Source of the DNA: Microcoleus sp.
GTDB taxonomy: Bacteria; Cyanobacteriota; Cyanobacteriia; Cyanobacteriales; Microcoleaceae
Direction: 5' to 3'
Assembly (NCBI GenBank): GCA_052279835.1
Contig: CP181291.1
Location: 5,056,001 to 5,120,000, forward strand
DNA length: 64,000 bases
Both the position numbers and the translations under genes were made by a program. How positions within the stretch are numbered: the stretch's first letter is position 1; each line of letters begins with the position of its first letter. Below are positions 53,060-63,668 of this stretch, in pieces. The notes under the pieces are model-generated. The model worked only from the letters and a program-made list of their open reading frames with translations, did no database searches and was not told where the DNA came from.

Positions 53060-53206
53060 ATTTCAATAAGTAAGTCCACTTAATTAAACGTAAGATACAG
53101 GTGGCTAAAAAGCTTGCTCTATGAGCCTTCTTCACATCGATCTTCCCCCCTTGGGGGGGGCAGGGGGGGGTGACTTCTTCCTTCTACTTATAAGCTGGAA
53201 AATTGT

Positions 53207-53237
53207 GCAGCCACAGGTTGTTAAAACCTGTGGCTGC
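53207..53237. terminator. Hairpin between convergent AKR and pdhA genes
   Basis: GCAGCCACAGGTT-GTTAA-AACCTGTGGCTGC. Confidence 0.65.
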
Positions 53238-53260
53238 GGGACTCAAAATATATCTAAAGA

Positions 53261-54298
53261 CTACTCATCTTCAGCATAGATAAACCGATACAATTCACTG
53301 GGATCTGGCTCAGCGCTTTTTTCAGCAAAATCCACCGCATCATCAATGACAGCTTCAATCTTCTTCTCGATCGCCTTTAATTCCTCAGCCGTAGCCAAAG
53401 CGCGATCGATCAAATCAGCAGCCAACTTCTTAATCGGATCGCGAGGGAACCAAAATTCCTTCTCTTCCTTAGAACGTAACTCATCAGGATCGGCCAAAGA
53501 ATGCCCGCGAAAACGATAAGTCAACGCCTCAATCACCGTCGGTCCCTCACCAGCCCGCGCGCGCGCCACAGCTTCTTTCGCCACTTCTCGCACCGCCAAA
53601 ACATCCATCCCATCAACCTCAACTCCAGCCATACCAAAAGCATGAGCTTTCTTGTAAATCAGCGGGTCAGAAGTAGCACGTTCATGGGACATCCCGATCG
53701 CCCATTTATTGTTTTCCACAACATAAAGAATTGGCAACTTCCACAAAGCCGCCATATTCAAACATTCAAAAAACTGACCGTTATTAGCAGCACCATCCCC
53801 AAAAAAACAAGCAGTCACGCCATCAGAAGTCTCATCTCCCAAAGCCTCGCGGCGGTACTTAGATTGAAAAGCAGCCCCCGTCGCCACAGGAATCCCCTCA
53901 GCCACAAAAGCATAGCCCCCCAAAAGTCGGTGTTCGGCTGAAAACATATGCATCGAACCGCCGCGGCCCTTCGAGCAACCAGTTTCTTTCCCGAACAACT
54001 CCGCCATCACCTCCCGCGCCGGCACACCGGCACTCAAAGCGTGAACGTGGTCGCGATAGGTGCTGCTAACATAGTCCGTATCATCCCGGCGCATCGATCG
54101 AATCACCCCAGTAGAAACAGCCTCCTGGCCGTTGTACAAGTGAACAAAACCGAACATCTTGCCCCGGTAATACATCTCAGCGCACTTGTCCTCAAAAAAG
54201 CGCCCCAAGACCATATCTTCGTAAAGCATCAAACCTTCATCACGAGAAATACTTACGCTTGTTGCGTCAAAAGCTGGTAAAGTCCGTTCCTGAACCAT
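53261..54298 (-). CDS. pdhA: Pyruvate dehydrogenase E1 alpha subunit
   Basis: [41 protein letters not shown]. Confidence 0.97.
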   Translation of the reverse strand: MVQERTLPAFDATSVSISRDEGLMLYEDMVLGRFFEDKCAEMYYRGKMFGFVHLYNGQEAVSTGVIRSMRRDDTDYVSSTYRDHVHALSAGVPAREVMAELFGKETGCSKGRGGSMHMFSAEHRLLGGYAFVAEGIPVATGAAFQSKYRREALGDETSDGVTACFFGDGAANNGQFFECLNMAALWKLPILYVVENNKWAIGMSHERATSDPLIYKKAHAFGMAGVEVDGMDVLAVREVAKEAVARARAGEGPTVIEALTYRFRGHSLADPDELRSKEEKEFWFPRDPIKKLAADLIDRALATAEELKAIEKKIEAVIDDAVDFAEKSAEPDPSELYRFIYAEDE

Positions 54299-54618
54299 AA
54301 ATAATTAATACCTGATAAGTATTATGCAAACTGTTGATCATCGGTCAACGACCCTAACTATACCAATAATCGGTCAATCGGCTGTTATCCCCCCCTTAGT
54401 TGGGGATAGCGACTGAACGAACAAACTGCTATTCTGTCAGCAGTGGGGCCCGACGCGCACCTCACTCTAAAATGCCCTCAAGGGAAACGAAGTACCTGGA
54501 AGGAAGTTCTTGCTCTCCATAACAAGAGTCAGAAGCCCAACCGATCAATTTTGATTTGATATGGGAGCGTCACCTAAGATAGGCTAATTCAGTTGCTAGC
54601 GCTTTGGGGAAGTGGACA

Positions 54619-56931
54619 GTGCTAATTCCACTAGATTATTATCGGATTCTAGGTCTACCGATTCAAGCTACTGCCGAACAGTTGCAGCAAGCTCATCGCG
54701 ACCGGACGTTACAACTTCCACGCAGGGAGTATTCCGAAGTGGCGATCGTCGCCCGTAAACAACTGCTCGACGAAGCCTACGCCGTTTTGTCAGACTCAGA
54801 AGGGCGCAAAGCTTACGATGCCAGTTTTTTGGCCAAAACTTACGATCGCGAATCAGAAGCAGGGATTTTAGCCCAAAATCCGAGGTTAAAAGCCTCGACA
54901 GGCGCGGCCACAGTCCTGCAAGAAGCAGAAACAGACTGGCAAGAGTCCGGGGTTTTAGACGCTACTCCCGACCCCCATACTCCAAGTATTGAAATCGACG
55001 ACAACCAGTTCGTAGGAGTCCTGCTGGTACTGCAAGAACTCGGAGAATACGAACTTGTACAGAAACTGGGCCGTCCCTATCTCAATAATGGCAGCTCTGC
55101 GATCGCACAAGGGCGCTTCGGCGACCCCCAGCTAGTGCGACCAGACATAGTTTTAACCATCGCCCTGTCCTGTTTAGAACTAGGCAGGGAACAGTGGCAA
55201 CAAGGTCAATACCAAAATGCCACCAAATCGCTAGACGCAGGTCAAGAACTGCTGCTGCGCGAAAGCCTATTTCCAAGCGTGAGGGGTGAAATGCAAACCG
55301 ATATATACAAACTCCGTCCGTACAACATCTTACAATTACTATCCCTCCCAGAAGAAAAAGTCTCCGAACGTCGTCAAGGACTAAAAATCCTGCGAGAAAT
55401 GCTCGAAGAAAGGGGTGGGATAGATGGTTCCGATGACGATCGATCGGGCTTGGGCATCGAAGACTTCCTACGCTTCGTCCAGCAACTGCGGAAACACCTA
55501 ACCAGCAGCGAGCAGCAGACCCTATTTGAAGCAGAAGCTAGCCGCCCCTCCGCTGTAGGCACTTATCTCTCGGTTTACACCCTACTAGCTCAGGGATTTG
55601 CAGCCAGACAGCCCTCCATGATCCGCCGCGCCAAGCTGATGCTGATGCAGTTGGGCCGCCGCCAAGACGTCCACCTCGAAAAAGCCGTATGTTCCCTGCT
55701 CCTTGGCCAAACAGAAGAAGCCAGCAGAGCCCTAGAACTCAGTTCCGAAAAAGAACCCCTCGCCTTCATTCGCGAAAATTCCCAGGATTCTCCCGATTTG
55801 TTGCCAGGGCTGTGCTTATACGCCGAACACTGGCTACAGGAAGAAGTATTTCCGCACTTCCGGGACTTGGCAAAGCAGTCAGTTTCCTTAAAAGATTACT
55901 TTGCCGATCCCAAGGTACAAGCCTACCTAGAATCCTTGCCACAGGATACAGAAACAGCCAACGAGTGGGTTGTAGCCCAACCCCGCTCTACTGCCAAGGC
56001 TCAAGCTAGAGCGACACTCACTAGCTCACTCCAGCCATCCCCAGCCATTACAGGGCGATCGCCCACTGTTACCTTGACCCCCGGCCCTGCCACCATACCT
56101 CCCCCTGGGCAAAGCCCCAAATATGAGGAGACCGCAGCCCCACCTATCCCCCCAGTCATCCCCCAGGACTCGACAGCTACCCCCACCGGACACCCCCCTT
56201 CCTCTAGCTCAAAAGAACGCCGACGCCCCCACTCCTCCCGTCGCAGTGCCAAGAGTAGTGCAGGACCAATGGGTGATTTAGTCGATCGAGCCAGGACACT
56301 AGGCTCGCAAATTTCAGCCCAAGTCCAGTCCATGCCTCGAAATCGGCTGGCTCTGCTGCTAGTAGCTGGTTTTCTGAGTCTGTTAATCCTGTGGTTGATT
56401 TTCAGTATCTTAGGTGGCATCCTCCAAGCTCTCTCAGGCCCATCCCTGCAAGGAGAACAAGCCTTAGTCAGTCTGGAAGCACCACCCATCGAAATTCCGC
56501 CCCTAGCCCCCGCCGCCCCAGACCCAGGTACTCCCGCCCCAGCCTCCGGCGCCGTCACAGAAGAAACAGCCGAGCAAATCCTTCAAAGTTGGCTCTCCGC
56601 CAAAGCAGCAGCCCTAGGCCCCAATCACGCTATCGATGAATTAAAGCAAGTTCTGACGGAACCTGCTTTGTCTCGCTGGCAATTGATGGCAGAAGCTCAA
56701 CAGCGAAACAACGCCCACCAGCGTTATACACACAAGCTCGAAATTACAAAGGTAACAACAAATCCGACTAATCCCGATCGGACCGAAGTCGAAGCCCAAG
56801 TTACCGAAAAAGCCGACGTGTTCGATCGCGAACAGCTAGTTACCTCCCGTAACGAAAACCTCCGTATTCGCTACGACTTGATTCGCCAAGACGGACAATG
56901 GCGCATTATGGATTGGCAAGTTATGAAGTAG
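54619..56931 (+). CDS. ftn2: Cell division protein Ftn2/ZipN (ARC6 homologue)
   Basis: IPLDYYRILG J-like domain, DLLPGLCLYAEHWL, TM segment, C-terminal IMS-type domain; divergent from pdhA. Confidence 0.9.
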   Translation: MLIPLDYYRILGLPIQATAEQLQQAHRDRTLQLPRREYSEVAIVARKQLLDEAYAVLSDSEGRKAYDASFLAKTYDRESEAGILAQNPRLKASTGAATVLQEAETDWQESGVLDATPDPHTPSIEIDDNQFVGVLLVLQELGEYELVQKLGRPYLNNGSSAIAQGRFGDPQLVRPDIVLTIALSCLELGREQWQQGQYQNATKSLDAGQELLLRESLFPSVRGEMQTDIYKLRPYNILQLLSLPEEKVSERRQGLKILREMLEERGGIDGSDDDRSGLGIEDFLRFVQQLRKHLTSSEQQTLFEAEASRPSAVGTYLSVYTLLAQGFAARQPSMIRRAKLMLMQLGRRQDVHLEKAVCSLLLGQTEEASRALELSSEKEPLAFIRENSQDSPDLLPGLCLYAEHWLQEEVFPHFRDLAKQSVSLKDYFADPKVQAYLESLPQDTETANEWVVAQPRSTAKAQARATLTSSLQPSPAITGRSPTVTLTPGPATIPPPGQSPKYEETAAPPIPPVIPQDSTATPTGHPPSSSSKERRRPHSSRRSAKSSAGPMGDLVDRARTLGSQISAQVQSMPRNRLALLLVAGFLSLLILWLIFSILGGILQALSGPSLQGEQALVSLEAPPIEIPPLAPAAPDPGTPAPASGAVTEETAEQILQSWLSAKAAALGPNHAIDELKQVLTEPALSRWQLMAEAQQRNNAHQRYTHKLEITKVTTNPTNPDRTEVEAQVTEKADVFDREQLVTSRNENLRIRYDLIRQDGQWRIMDWQVMK

Positions 56932-56934
56932 GAA

Positions 56935-57053
56935 ATTGGTTATTTGTTATTGGTTAATGGCGACGCCGTTAACAAACAACAAATAACCAACAACAAATAA
57001 CAAATAACAAATAACCAATAACAAATAACCATTAACAAATAACCATTAACAAA
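56935..57053. repeat. Inverted STRR heptamer tracts (AACAAAT/AACCAAT type)
   Basis: TTATTTG/TTATTGG units followed by their complements; similar tracts at ~31700-31780 and ~36625-36670. Confidence 0.8.
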
Positions 57054-57112
57054 AAATAAGATACAATAAGAATAACAAATTTAAGCGATCGACCTTATTT
57101 CACAGTCAAGCT

Positions 57113-58234
57113 ATGCAATCTACAACTAATCAGTCCGAGACAGAGCAGGTAATGGACGCCCCCAAACACGGCTTGCCAGTTACCATCATTACAGGATTCC
57201 TCGGCAGTGGCAAAACAACCCTGCTCAACCATATCCTGACCAACCAGCAAGGTTTGAAAACCGCCGTTTTAGTCAACGAATTTGGCGAAATTGGCATCGA
57301 CAACGAACTGATTGTCACCACCGAAGACAATATGGTCGAGCTGAACAACGGCTGCATTTGCTGCACAATTAACGAAGATTTAGTAAATGCAGTTTACAAA
57401 GTTTTAGAACGTCAAGAAAATCTAGATTATTTAGTAGTAGAAACTACTGGACTAGCCGACCCGCTACCAGTAGCTTTAACTTTTTTAGGCACTGAATTGC
57501 GAGATATGACTCGTCTCGATTCCATCGTGACAGTAGTAGATGCCTCCAATTACAGCTTAGATTTATTCAATTCTCAAGCAGCATACAGTCAAATTGCTTA
57601 TGGCGATATTATTGTTCTAAACAAAACAGATTTGGTTGAGGAAGCAGATTTAGATTTGTTGGAAGTTAAGATTCGTGATGTCAAAGAAGGCGCTCGAATT
57701 CTCCGCACAGTAAAATCCCAAGTTCCTCTGCCACTCATCCTCAGTGTAGGATTGTTTGAATCGGACAAATATTTCCAAGCTGAAGAAACTTCTAGCAGTC
57801 ACGACCATCACGACCATCACGACCATCACGAACATCACGACCATCACGACCACGCTCATCACGACCACGCTCATCACGACCACGCTCATCACGACCATTC
57901 AGACCATTTAGATAATGATGGATTTACCTCACTTTCATTTCAGAGCGACAAGCCGTTTTCTCTGAGGAAATTTCAATATTTCTTAGACCACCAAATGCCT
58001 ACAAATGTGTTTCGGGCAAAAGGGATTATGTGGTTTGAAGAAAGTCCCAAACGGCATATTTTTCACTTGAGTGGTAAGCGATTTTCCATCGATGATGATG
58101 AGTGGAAAGGCGAACGAAAAAACCAGATTGTCTTGATCGGTCAAGGTTTAGATATCGAGACTTTGCGATCGCAAATCGAAAACTGTCTCTGTCTGCCTTC
58201 ACCGAATCGCGGCAAAGGATTTGGCAAAAAATAA
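57113..58234 (+). CDS. COG0523/CobW-family GTPase metallochaperone with His-rich insert
   Basis: [32 protein letters not shown]. Confidence 0.92.
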   Translation: MQSTTNQSETEQVMDAPKHGLPVTIITGFLGSGKTTLLNHILTNQQGLKTAVLVNEFGEIGIDNELIVTTEDNMVELNNGCICCTINEDLVNAVYKVLERQENLDYLVVETTGLADPLPVALTFLGTELRDMTRLDSIVTVVDASNYSLDLFNSQAAYSQIAYGDIIVLNKTDLVEEADLDLLEVKIRDVKEGARILRTVKSQVPLPLILSVGLFESDKYFQAEETSSSHDHHDHHDHHEHHDHHDHAHHDHAHHDHAHHDHSDHLDNDGFTSLSFQSDKPFSLRKFQYFLDHQMPTNVFRAKGIMWFEESPKRHIFHLSGKRFSIDDDEWKGERKNQIVLIGQGLDIETLRSQIENCLCLPSPNRGKGFGKK

Positions 58235-58260
58235 AGACAACAGGAATTACACAGTACAAC

Positions 58261-58369
58261 TTCCAGGCTCTAGCCTGGAAATGTCTAGAGGCTCTATCTC
58301 GCTTTTATTCACGAAAAGAGGAGGTAGAGCCTCTGGATATGCCTTACCAGGCTCTAGCCTGGTAACGAG
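58261..58369. repeat. REP/MITE-like composite repeat (CCAGGCTCTAGCCTGG variant)
   Basis: Same three-hairpin layout as 2470-2578, with the same GAGTAAACGAGTAA tail. Confidence 0.75.
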
Positions 58370-58412
58370 TAAACGAGTAAGTTCTCTATCGATTACCAAT
58401 TACCGATTCAGA

Positions 58413-58868
58413 ATGCGAATAATCATCCAGCGAGTCAAATCGTCTCAAGTCGAAGTTAACGATCGAATAATTGGCAAAATTGGCAGCGGACTGAATCTGC
58501 TTGTAGGTATCGCAGACACCGACACCGAAGCAGAACTAGATTGGATGGCTCGCAAATGCATAGAATTGCGTTTATTTCCAGATCCAGCCACTGACACTGG
58601 CCGCTGGGAGAAATCCGTACAAGACATTGGTGGCGAGTTGCTTGTTGTCAGTCAGTTTACGCTTTACGGCGACTGCCGCAAAGGTCGGCGACCCTCATTC
58701 GATCGCTCTGCGCCCCCAGAAGCCGCCTCCATTCTGTATGACAAATTTGTCGAAAAGTTGCGCGCCAGCGGTTTAAAAGTCGAAACAGGCGTGTTTGGAG
58801 CTCAGATGCAAGTCTCTATAGATAATGATGGGCCGGTGACTTTGGTCTTAGAAAAAGAAGCAGGGTAA
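58413..58868 (+). CDS. dtd: D-aminoacyl-tRNA deacylase
   Basis: [27 protein letters not shown]. Confidence 0.93.
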   Translation: MRIIIQRVKSSQVEVNDRIIGKIGSGLNLLVGIADTDTEAELDWMARKCIELRLFPDPATDTGRWEKSVQDIGGELLVVSQFTLYGDCRKGRRPSFDRSAPPEAASILYDKFVEKLRASGLKVETGVFGAQMQVSIDNDGPVTLVLEKEAG

Positions 58869-59539
58869 GTTATCTACTGTTCTACCGGGTTTTGTCCAAG
58901 AAGATTTCGTTATATCAATTCCGGTTGGATCGGAATGATGTAACCGCGAAGGCGCGAAGTACGCGAAGGAAGAGAAGAGAGAGTTTAATACAGGACGATG
59001 AAGAGAGGATTTTATATTACAGGCTGATGCAATGACAAAAACCCGGTTGCTTTGGTTGTCCTGAGAAAGGCTACATACCAATTTTCTAAATTAACCGGGT
59101 TTTCAAACTGCTCTGCCGTAGGTAGAGAATACATTGCAGTTCCCTACATTCTGCTGACTCCCAATTCCAGAATCTTCCACCCCCAAAATCCCGTCCCAAG
59201 GCCAGTTAGTAAATTGTCCACTGAACGGCTTTGCTATACCCTCACTCGCAAGTGCGATCGCCCCACCTTCGCAATAGCTCAGAATGCTTGTACAGTATAG
59301 GTTTAAGCACCAAATCACCAATCCTCTACAGCCAAAGCTTAAAATCAGATTCAGCAGCCAAAAACAGTTGCATGAGAGAGTGGAACACCTGAGTCACTGC
59401 ACTATTTGTACTTCCCGTACATTCAATGTATAGAGAGTTGAATCCGCACAGCAAGCCAAACCGCCTGCAACTGCATCACTCACTCTCTGACAAAAGTCCT
59501 CGCACTGTCGCTGCGGTGCCCTACCACCTGATAAATACC

Positions 59540-60778
59540 ATGACTGTCACAACTGCCACCAACTCCGTTAACTGCAACACCGCTTCTACCATCAACTCCC
59601 TTCAAACTGCCCCCTGCGAACAAACCCTCGAAATCAATCACCTTCCCAGCGTCGATACCCTAGCTTTGGCTGACTTCGCCCTCAAAGCGTTGCAAGCAGA
59701 GATGAAAACACCAAGCCGTAGCGCTCAATCCGTGGCGATGCGGATTGCTAAGGAAGTCGAACGGATTTGCCAAAAAAGCGATCGCATCCAAATTTCCGGC
59801 GAAGTCCAAGCTTGGCAAATCACCTTAGCCGAACACCGCTTGCAAAAAACCCTGGAATTCTATCGCCTCGGTTCCAAGCAAGGCCGCGTCGAACTTCACT
59901 CTCACCTCGCATCCATGATTTACCGCCATGTTGCTTCCTTTAGATCGAACTTGAACTACCAAGCTCGCTACAACATGATTGAAGACTTTTTGCAAGGGTT
60001 TTACATTGAATCTTTACGGGCTTTCCGCCGGGAACACCAACTCGAACTCAGCTACCAGCCCCGCACACAGCTAGAATTGGCTGAGTACATGGCTTTCACC
60101 GAGCACTACGCCAAACGCCAAATTGGCTTACCAGGCCGCAACCGCCAACGCCTGATTGTCCTCCGCGCTCAAGGTTTTGCCAAGGGTCAACCTCCTGAAA
60201 CTGCGATCGACATTGAAATGGCTGTAGAATCTGGCAAGGGAGAAGATGCAGAAATGTACAGCCGCTCTCCGGCGCTGCAACAAGTCCGCGAACAAATGGT
60301 GTCTGAAACTGTCGATCCGGCTGATGCTGTGTTGCGCGATCGAGTAGTATCGGAATTGATTGCTTATCTGGAATCGCAAAATCAGCCAGAATGTGTTAGC
60401 TACCTCAACTTGAAATTGCAAGACCTTTCTGCTTCTGAAATCGATCGCGTTCTTGGTTTGTCTTCCCGTCAACGGGACTACTTGCAACAACGTTTCAAGT
60501 ACCACGTCGAAAAATTTGCCCGCACTCAAAACTGGAAATTAGTGCACGAATGGCTCGGTGCTGATGTCGATCAAAAATTGGGAATGACTTCGGACAAGTG
60601 GGAAACATTTCGCGCTCAACTTTCCCCCGAACAGCAACAACTGTTAGCAATGAAGCGGAATCAAGAAAGTGACAAGGCGATCGCCACTGCGATCAAATGT
60701 ACTCCCAAACAAGTCCAAAAACGTTGGGCGCAACTGTTGGAGCTGGCTAGCCAGACTCGCAACAGCACCCAAGCCTAA
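59540..60778 (+). CDS. HetZ-family protein
   Basis: YRLGSKQGRVELHS, IEDFLQGFY, ELAEYMAFTE, RQRDYLQQRFKYH, WKLVHEWLGAD; start uncertain (59426 or 59540). Confidence 0.75.
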   Translation: MTVTTATNSVNCNTASTINSLQTAPCEQTLEINHLPSVDTLALADFALKALQAEMKTPSRSAQSVAMRIAKEVERICQKSDRIQISGEVQAWQITLAEHRLQKTLEFYRLGSKQGRVELHSHLASMIYRHVASFRSNLNYQARYNMIEDFLQGFYIESLRAFRREHQLELSYQPRTQLELAEYMAFTEHYAKRQIGLPGRNRQRLIVLRAQGFAKGQPPETAIDIEMAVESGKGEDAEMYSRSPALQQVREQMVSETVDPADAVLRDRVVSELIAYLESQNQPECVSYLNLKLQDLSASEIDRVLGLSSRQRDYLQQRFKYHVEKFARTQNWKLVHEWLGADVDQKLGMTSDKWETFRAQLSPEQQQLLAMKRNQESDKAIATAIKCTPKQVQKRWAQLLELASQTRNSTQA

Positions 60779-61108
60779 CGGGTACTTCAACATGAATGTA
60801 ACCCTTGGCTGGAGACAGGAAAATGCGATCGGGTGCGGTGCACTAAAAACAATGCCCGCCCCGGCGTCCTCTCTCAAAACTCCCACTAGGGATGCCGGAT
60901 TATGAAAGATTTTCAGCTAATTAAATATATTAAAACAGCACTACTTTTTTTTAATATTTATGATTCCCAGGCCTAACCTGGGAATTTGTTTTTTATTGGT
61001 ATAATTACCCTCCCGAACCCCGATTTCCCGTCGCCCCCCTTAACCAGCTCAAATTTGGTATGATTATGAATATTAACCATCGCACCCCCAAAAGATTCTA
61101 TAAAATTT

Positions 61109-63493
61109 ATGTCTCTCAATCCCGGAGATGAACTGACCGGACGCTATAAAATCATTAATAAATTAGGACAGGGAGGAGCAGCCATAACCTACACAGCTCA
61201 AGATTTACAAAACCCCTCAAATCCACCCTGCGTCATTAAAGAAATTCCTTTTCCACATACCGAAAATCCCTTGGTACTAAAAAAAGCTAGGAACCGATTT
61301 CAACAAGAAGTTTTGGCTTTGCAGACTTTGGGAAATGATTCGCGCATTCCCACATTATTAAATCACTTTGAGGAAAATGATAATTTTTACATAGTTCAAG
61401 AATTTATTACAGGAACTGCCATAAGTCAAGAACTCCTTACAGCAAAAAATCAGTGGAATGAAGCACAGGCGATTTCCTTTTTACGAGAAATTCTTGAAAT
61501 CTTACAACTTGTTCACGACGCAAATATTATTCATCGCGATCTGACACCTTCTAACTTAATTAGGTCTACAACAGGGAATAAAATTGTTCTGATTGATTTT
61601 GGAGCGGTCAGAGAAGTCAGCACTTTGACTTCTAACAGTACAGGTGAAATATTGACATCAAAAGCATGGGGCACAACAGGTTATATGCCAGCAGAGCAAT
61701 ACAATCCCCAGTCAATTCCCCAACCATATAATGATATTTATGCAGTAGGAATTATCACGATTCAAGCTCTCACCGGGCGTCGTCCGACAAATCTGCCACA
61801 AGACCCTGATAGTTGCGAATTTATCTGGACTCATTTAACATCCGATCGCCTGAGCGACCCACTCAAAAATATCTTAACCAAGATGGTGCACTTTAACTTT
61901 AAAGACCGCTACCAATCTGCTACCGAGGTGTTGCAAGCCTTAAAGCCACTTGTAGCACCAGTCAAGTCAAAACCCAGAAAAAATTCACCCCACTTTCGTT
62001 GGTTACTATTCGGCCTTGCGGGAGTAGCCTCTGCATTAATCATCGCCTATTCTTTCTCCTTATTTCGACCAGCAATTCCTTCACTAGCCTCTGTAGAGGG
62101 TATCAGTTCAGGAGAAAAACTCCTCATTCAAACCTCGCCACTGTGGTCAAAACAAAGAGGAATCAATGAGTTTGCCGATTTAAATTATCCAGAAGCTTTA
62201 AAATTGCTCAAACAGTCTTGGAAAGAAGACCGTAAAGACCCAGAAACTTTAATTTACATCAACAATGCCCTGCTCAAATCAATCAACGCAGAATATTACA
62301 CCATCGCAATAGTCGTTCCCGTCCGCAGAAATCAGGACGGCAGCATTTTCAATGCCAACTTAGCAGAAGAACTGCTGCGCGGCATTGCTCAGGCTCAAAC
62401 AGAAGTTAATTTAAGTCTCATCACTCCCAGTAATAGCAATAAAGACTTTCCCGGTCAAGAATTACTCGAAACAAAACCTCTTAAACGCAAAGGACTGAGA
62501 GTCATCATCGCCGATGACGGCAATATCAAATCCTACGCAGTTAAAAGAGCAAATTCTCTGGTTGCTCAGCCCGATATTTTAGCAGTCATCGGACACTACA
62601 CCAGCGACATGACCGTGGAAACAGTAGATATTTACAATCAAAATAAACTAATCGCTATTTCTCCGGGAAGCACAACAGAAGAACTGACACGCAAACCCCG
62701 GAAATTTTTCTTTCGGACGGCGCCGACAACTAGCATAGAAGCTGAAGGTTTAGTAAATCAACTAATCTCCGTCGATCGGAAAAAAGTTGCAGTATTTTAC
62801 AATCCCAACAGTCCCTTCAGCGCTTCGTTGTGGGAAGAATTCAAAAAACAATTTGAAGCCCTAGGAGGAACGACTTTTAGAATTAATAATTATTACGATT
62901 TATCTAAAAATAATTTTAACGCCCCAGCAGCAATCGCCGAAGTTGAAAAAGAGGGTAAAATAGCCATACTTGTGATTCCAGATGGTCAAGTCACCAGTTC
63001 CCTAGAAAATGCGATCGAAATGATTAAAGCTAACAACGATCGCAATTGGATTGTCGGGCCTTGGACGCTGTACGAAACAAGAACATTAGAATTAGCCAAG
63101 AAATTGAAATCTGTTAACAAACTGGGAATATCCGTGTTTTGGCATCCGTTAATCAGTTTTGACAAAAAATTTCCGCTAAACGCTGAAAAATTGTGGGGAG
63201 GTCCGGTAAATACTCGATCGGCCTTAACCTACGACGCAGCCCAAACACTGATTAAAGCCCTAGAAATACAGCAGCAACCAAGTCGGGAGGGAATGCAACA
63301 AACCTTAGCATCACCAAATTTTCAAGCCAGTGGAGCCACGGGTATAATTGAATTTGACCCAAACACCGGCAATCGAAAAAACTCTCCTAAACGATTGGCG
63401 CACATTGTTCCGTGTTCTAGAGAACAATTTGGCCTGACATTTGTGCCGATCGAATTTCCCACAGCCGCCGCCGCAGGTTTAAAATGCGAGTGA
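61109..63493 (+). CDS. Hanks-type Ser/Thr kinase fused via a TM helix to a type I (LivJ-like) periplasmic binding domain
   Basis: LGQGG, VIKE, HRDLTPSN, LIDFGAV, GTTGYMP; later AVIGHYTS, FFFRTAP, TYDAA, GATGII. Confidence 0.9.
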   Translation: MSLNPGDELTGRYKIINKLGQGGAAITYTAQDLQNPSNPPCVIKEIPFPHTENPLVLKKARNRFQQEVLALQTLGNDSRIPTLLNHFEENDNFYIVQEFITGTAISQELLTAKNQWNEAQAISFLREILEILQLVHDANIIHRDLTPSNLIRSTTGNKIVLIDFGAVREVSTLTSNSTGEILTSKAWGTTGYMPAEQYNPQSIPQPYNDIYAVGIITIQALTGRRPTNLPQDPDSCEFIWTHLTSDRLSDPLKNILTKMVHFNFKDRYQSATEVLQALKPLVAPVKSKPRKNSPHFRWLLFGLAGVASALIIAYSFSLFRPAIPSLASVEGISSGEKLLIQTSPLWSKQRGINEFADLNYPEALKLLKQSWKEDRKDPETLIYINNALLKSINAEYYTIAIVVPVRRNQDGSIFNANLAEELLRGIAQAQTEVNLSLITPSNSNKDFPGQELLETKPLKRKGLRVIIADDGNIKSYAVKRANSLVAQPDILAVIGHYTSDMTVETVDIYNQNKLIAISPGSTTEELTRKPRKFFFRTAPTTSIEAEGLVNQLISVDRKKVAVFYNPNSPFSASLWEEFKKQFEALGGTTFRINNYYDLSKNNFNAPAAIAEVEKEGKIAILVIPDGQVTSSLENAIEMIKANNDRNWIVGPWTLYETRTLELAKKLKSVNKLGISVFWHPLISFDKKFPLNAEKLWGGPVNTRSALTYDAAQTLIKALEIQQQPSREGMQQTLASPNFQASGATGIIEFDPNTGNRKNSPKRLAHIVPCSREQFGLTFVPIEFPTAAAAGLKCE

Positions 63494-63668
63494 ATTAATA
63501 TCTTGCACCATTCTCAACAAACCTGTACGGGCGGGTTTTACAAACCATTTCTGCCTAAAATCAATAATTTCATAAACTCGCCCCGCCCGGTGTCACTCTC
63601 GCCACAAGTGCAACATATCAATTTATTAGATATATTGAACAAGGCTAGTTTTTTTTATAGGAACACTT

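Noticed and set aside
54440..54540. SRP RNA look-alike (GGGCCC...CCTGGAAGGAAG) between pdhA and ftn2
   Set aside because: Lacks the conserved CAGG and CAGC internal-loop nucleotides and the long closing helix
58221..58412. N-terminal extension of dtd in the ORF track
   Set aside because: It is a translation of the intergenic palindromic repeat; the canonical start MRIIIQRV is at 58413
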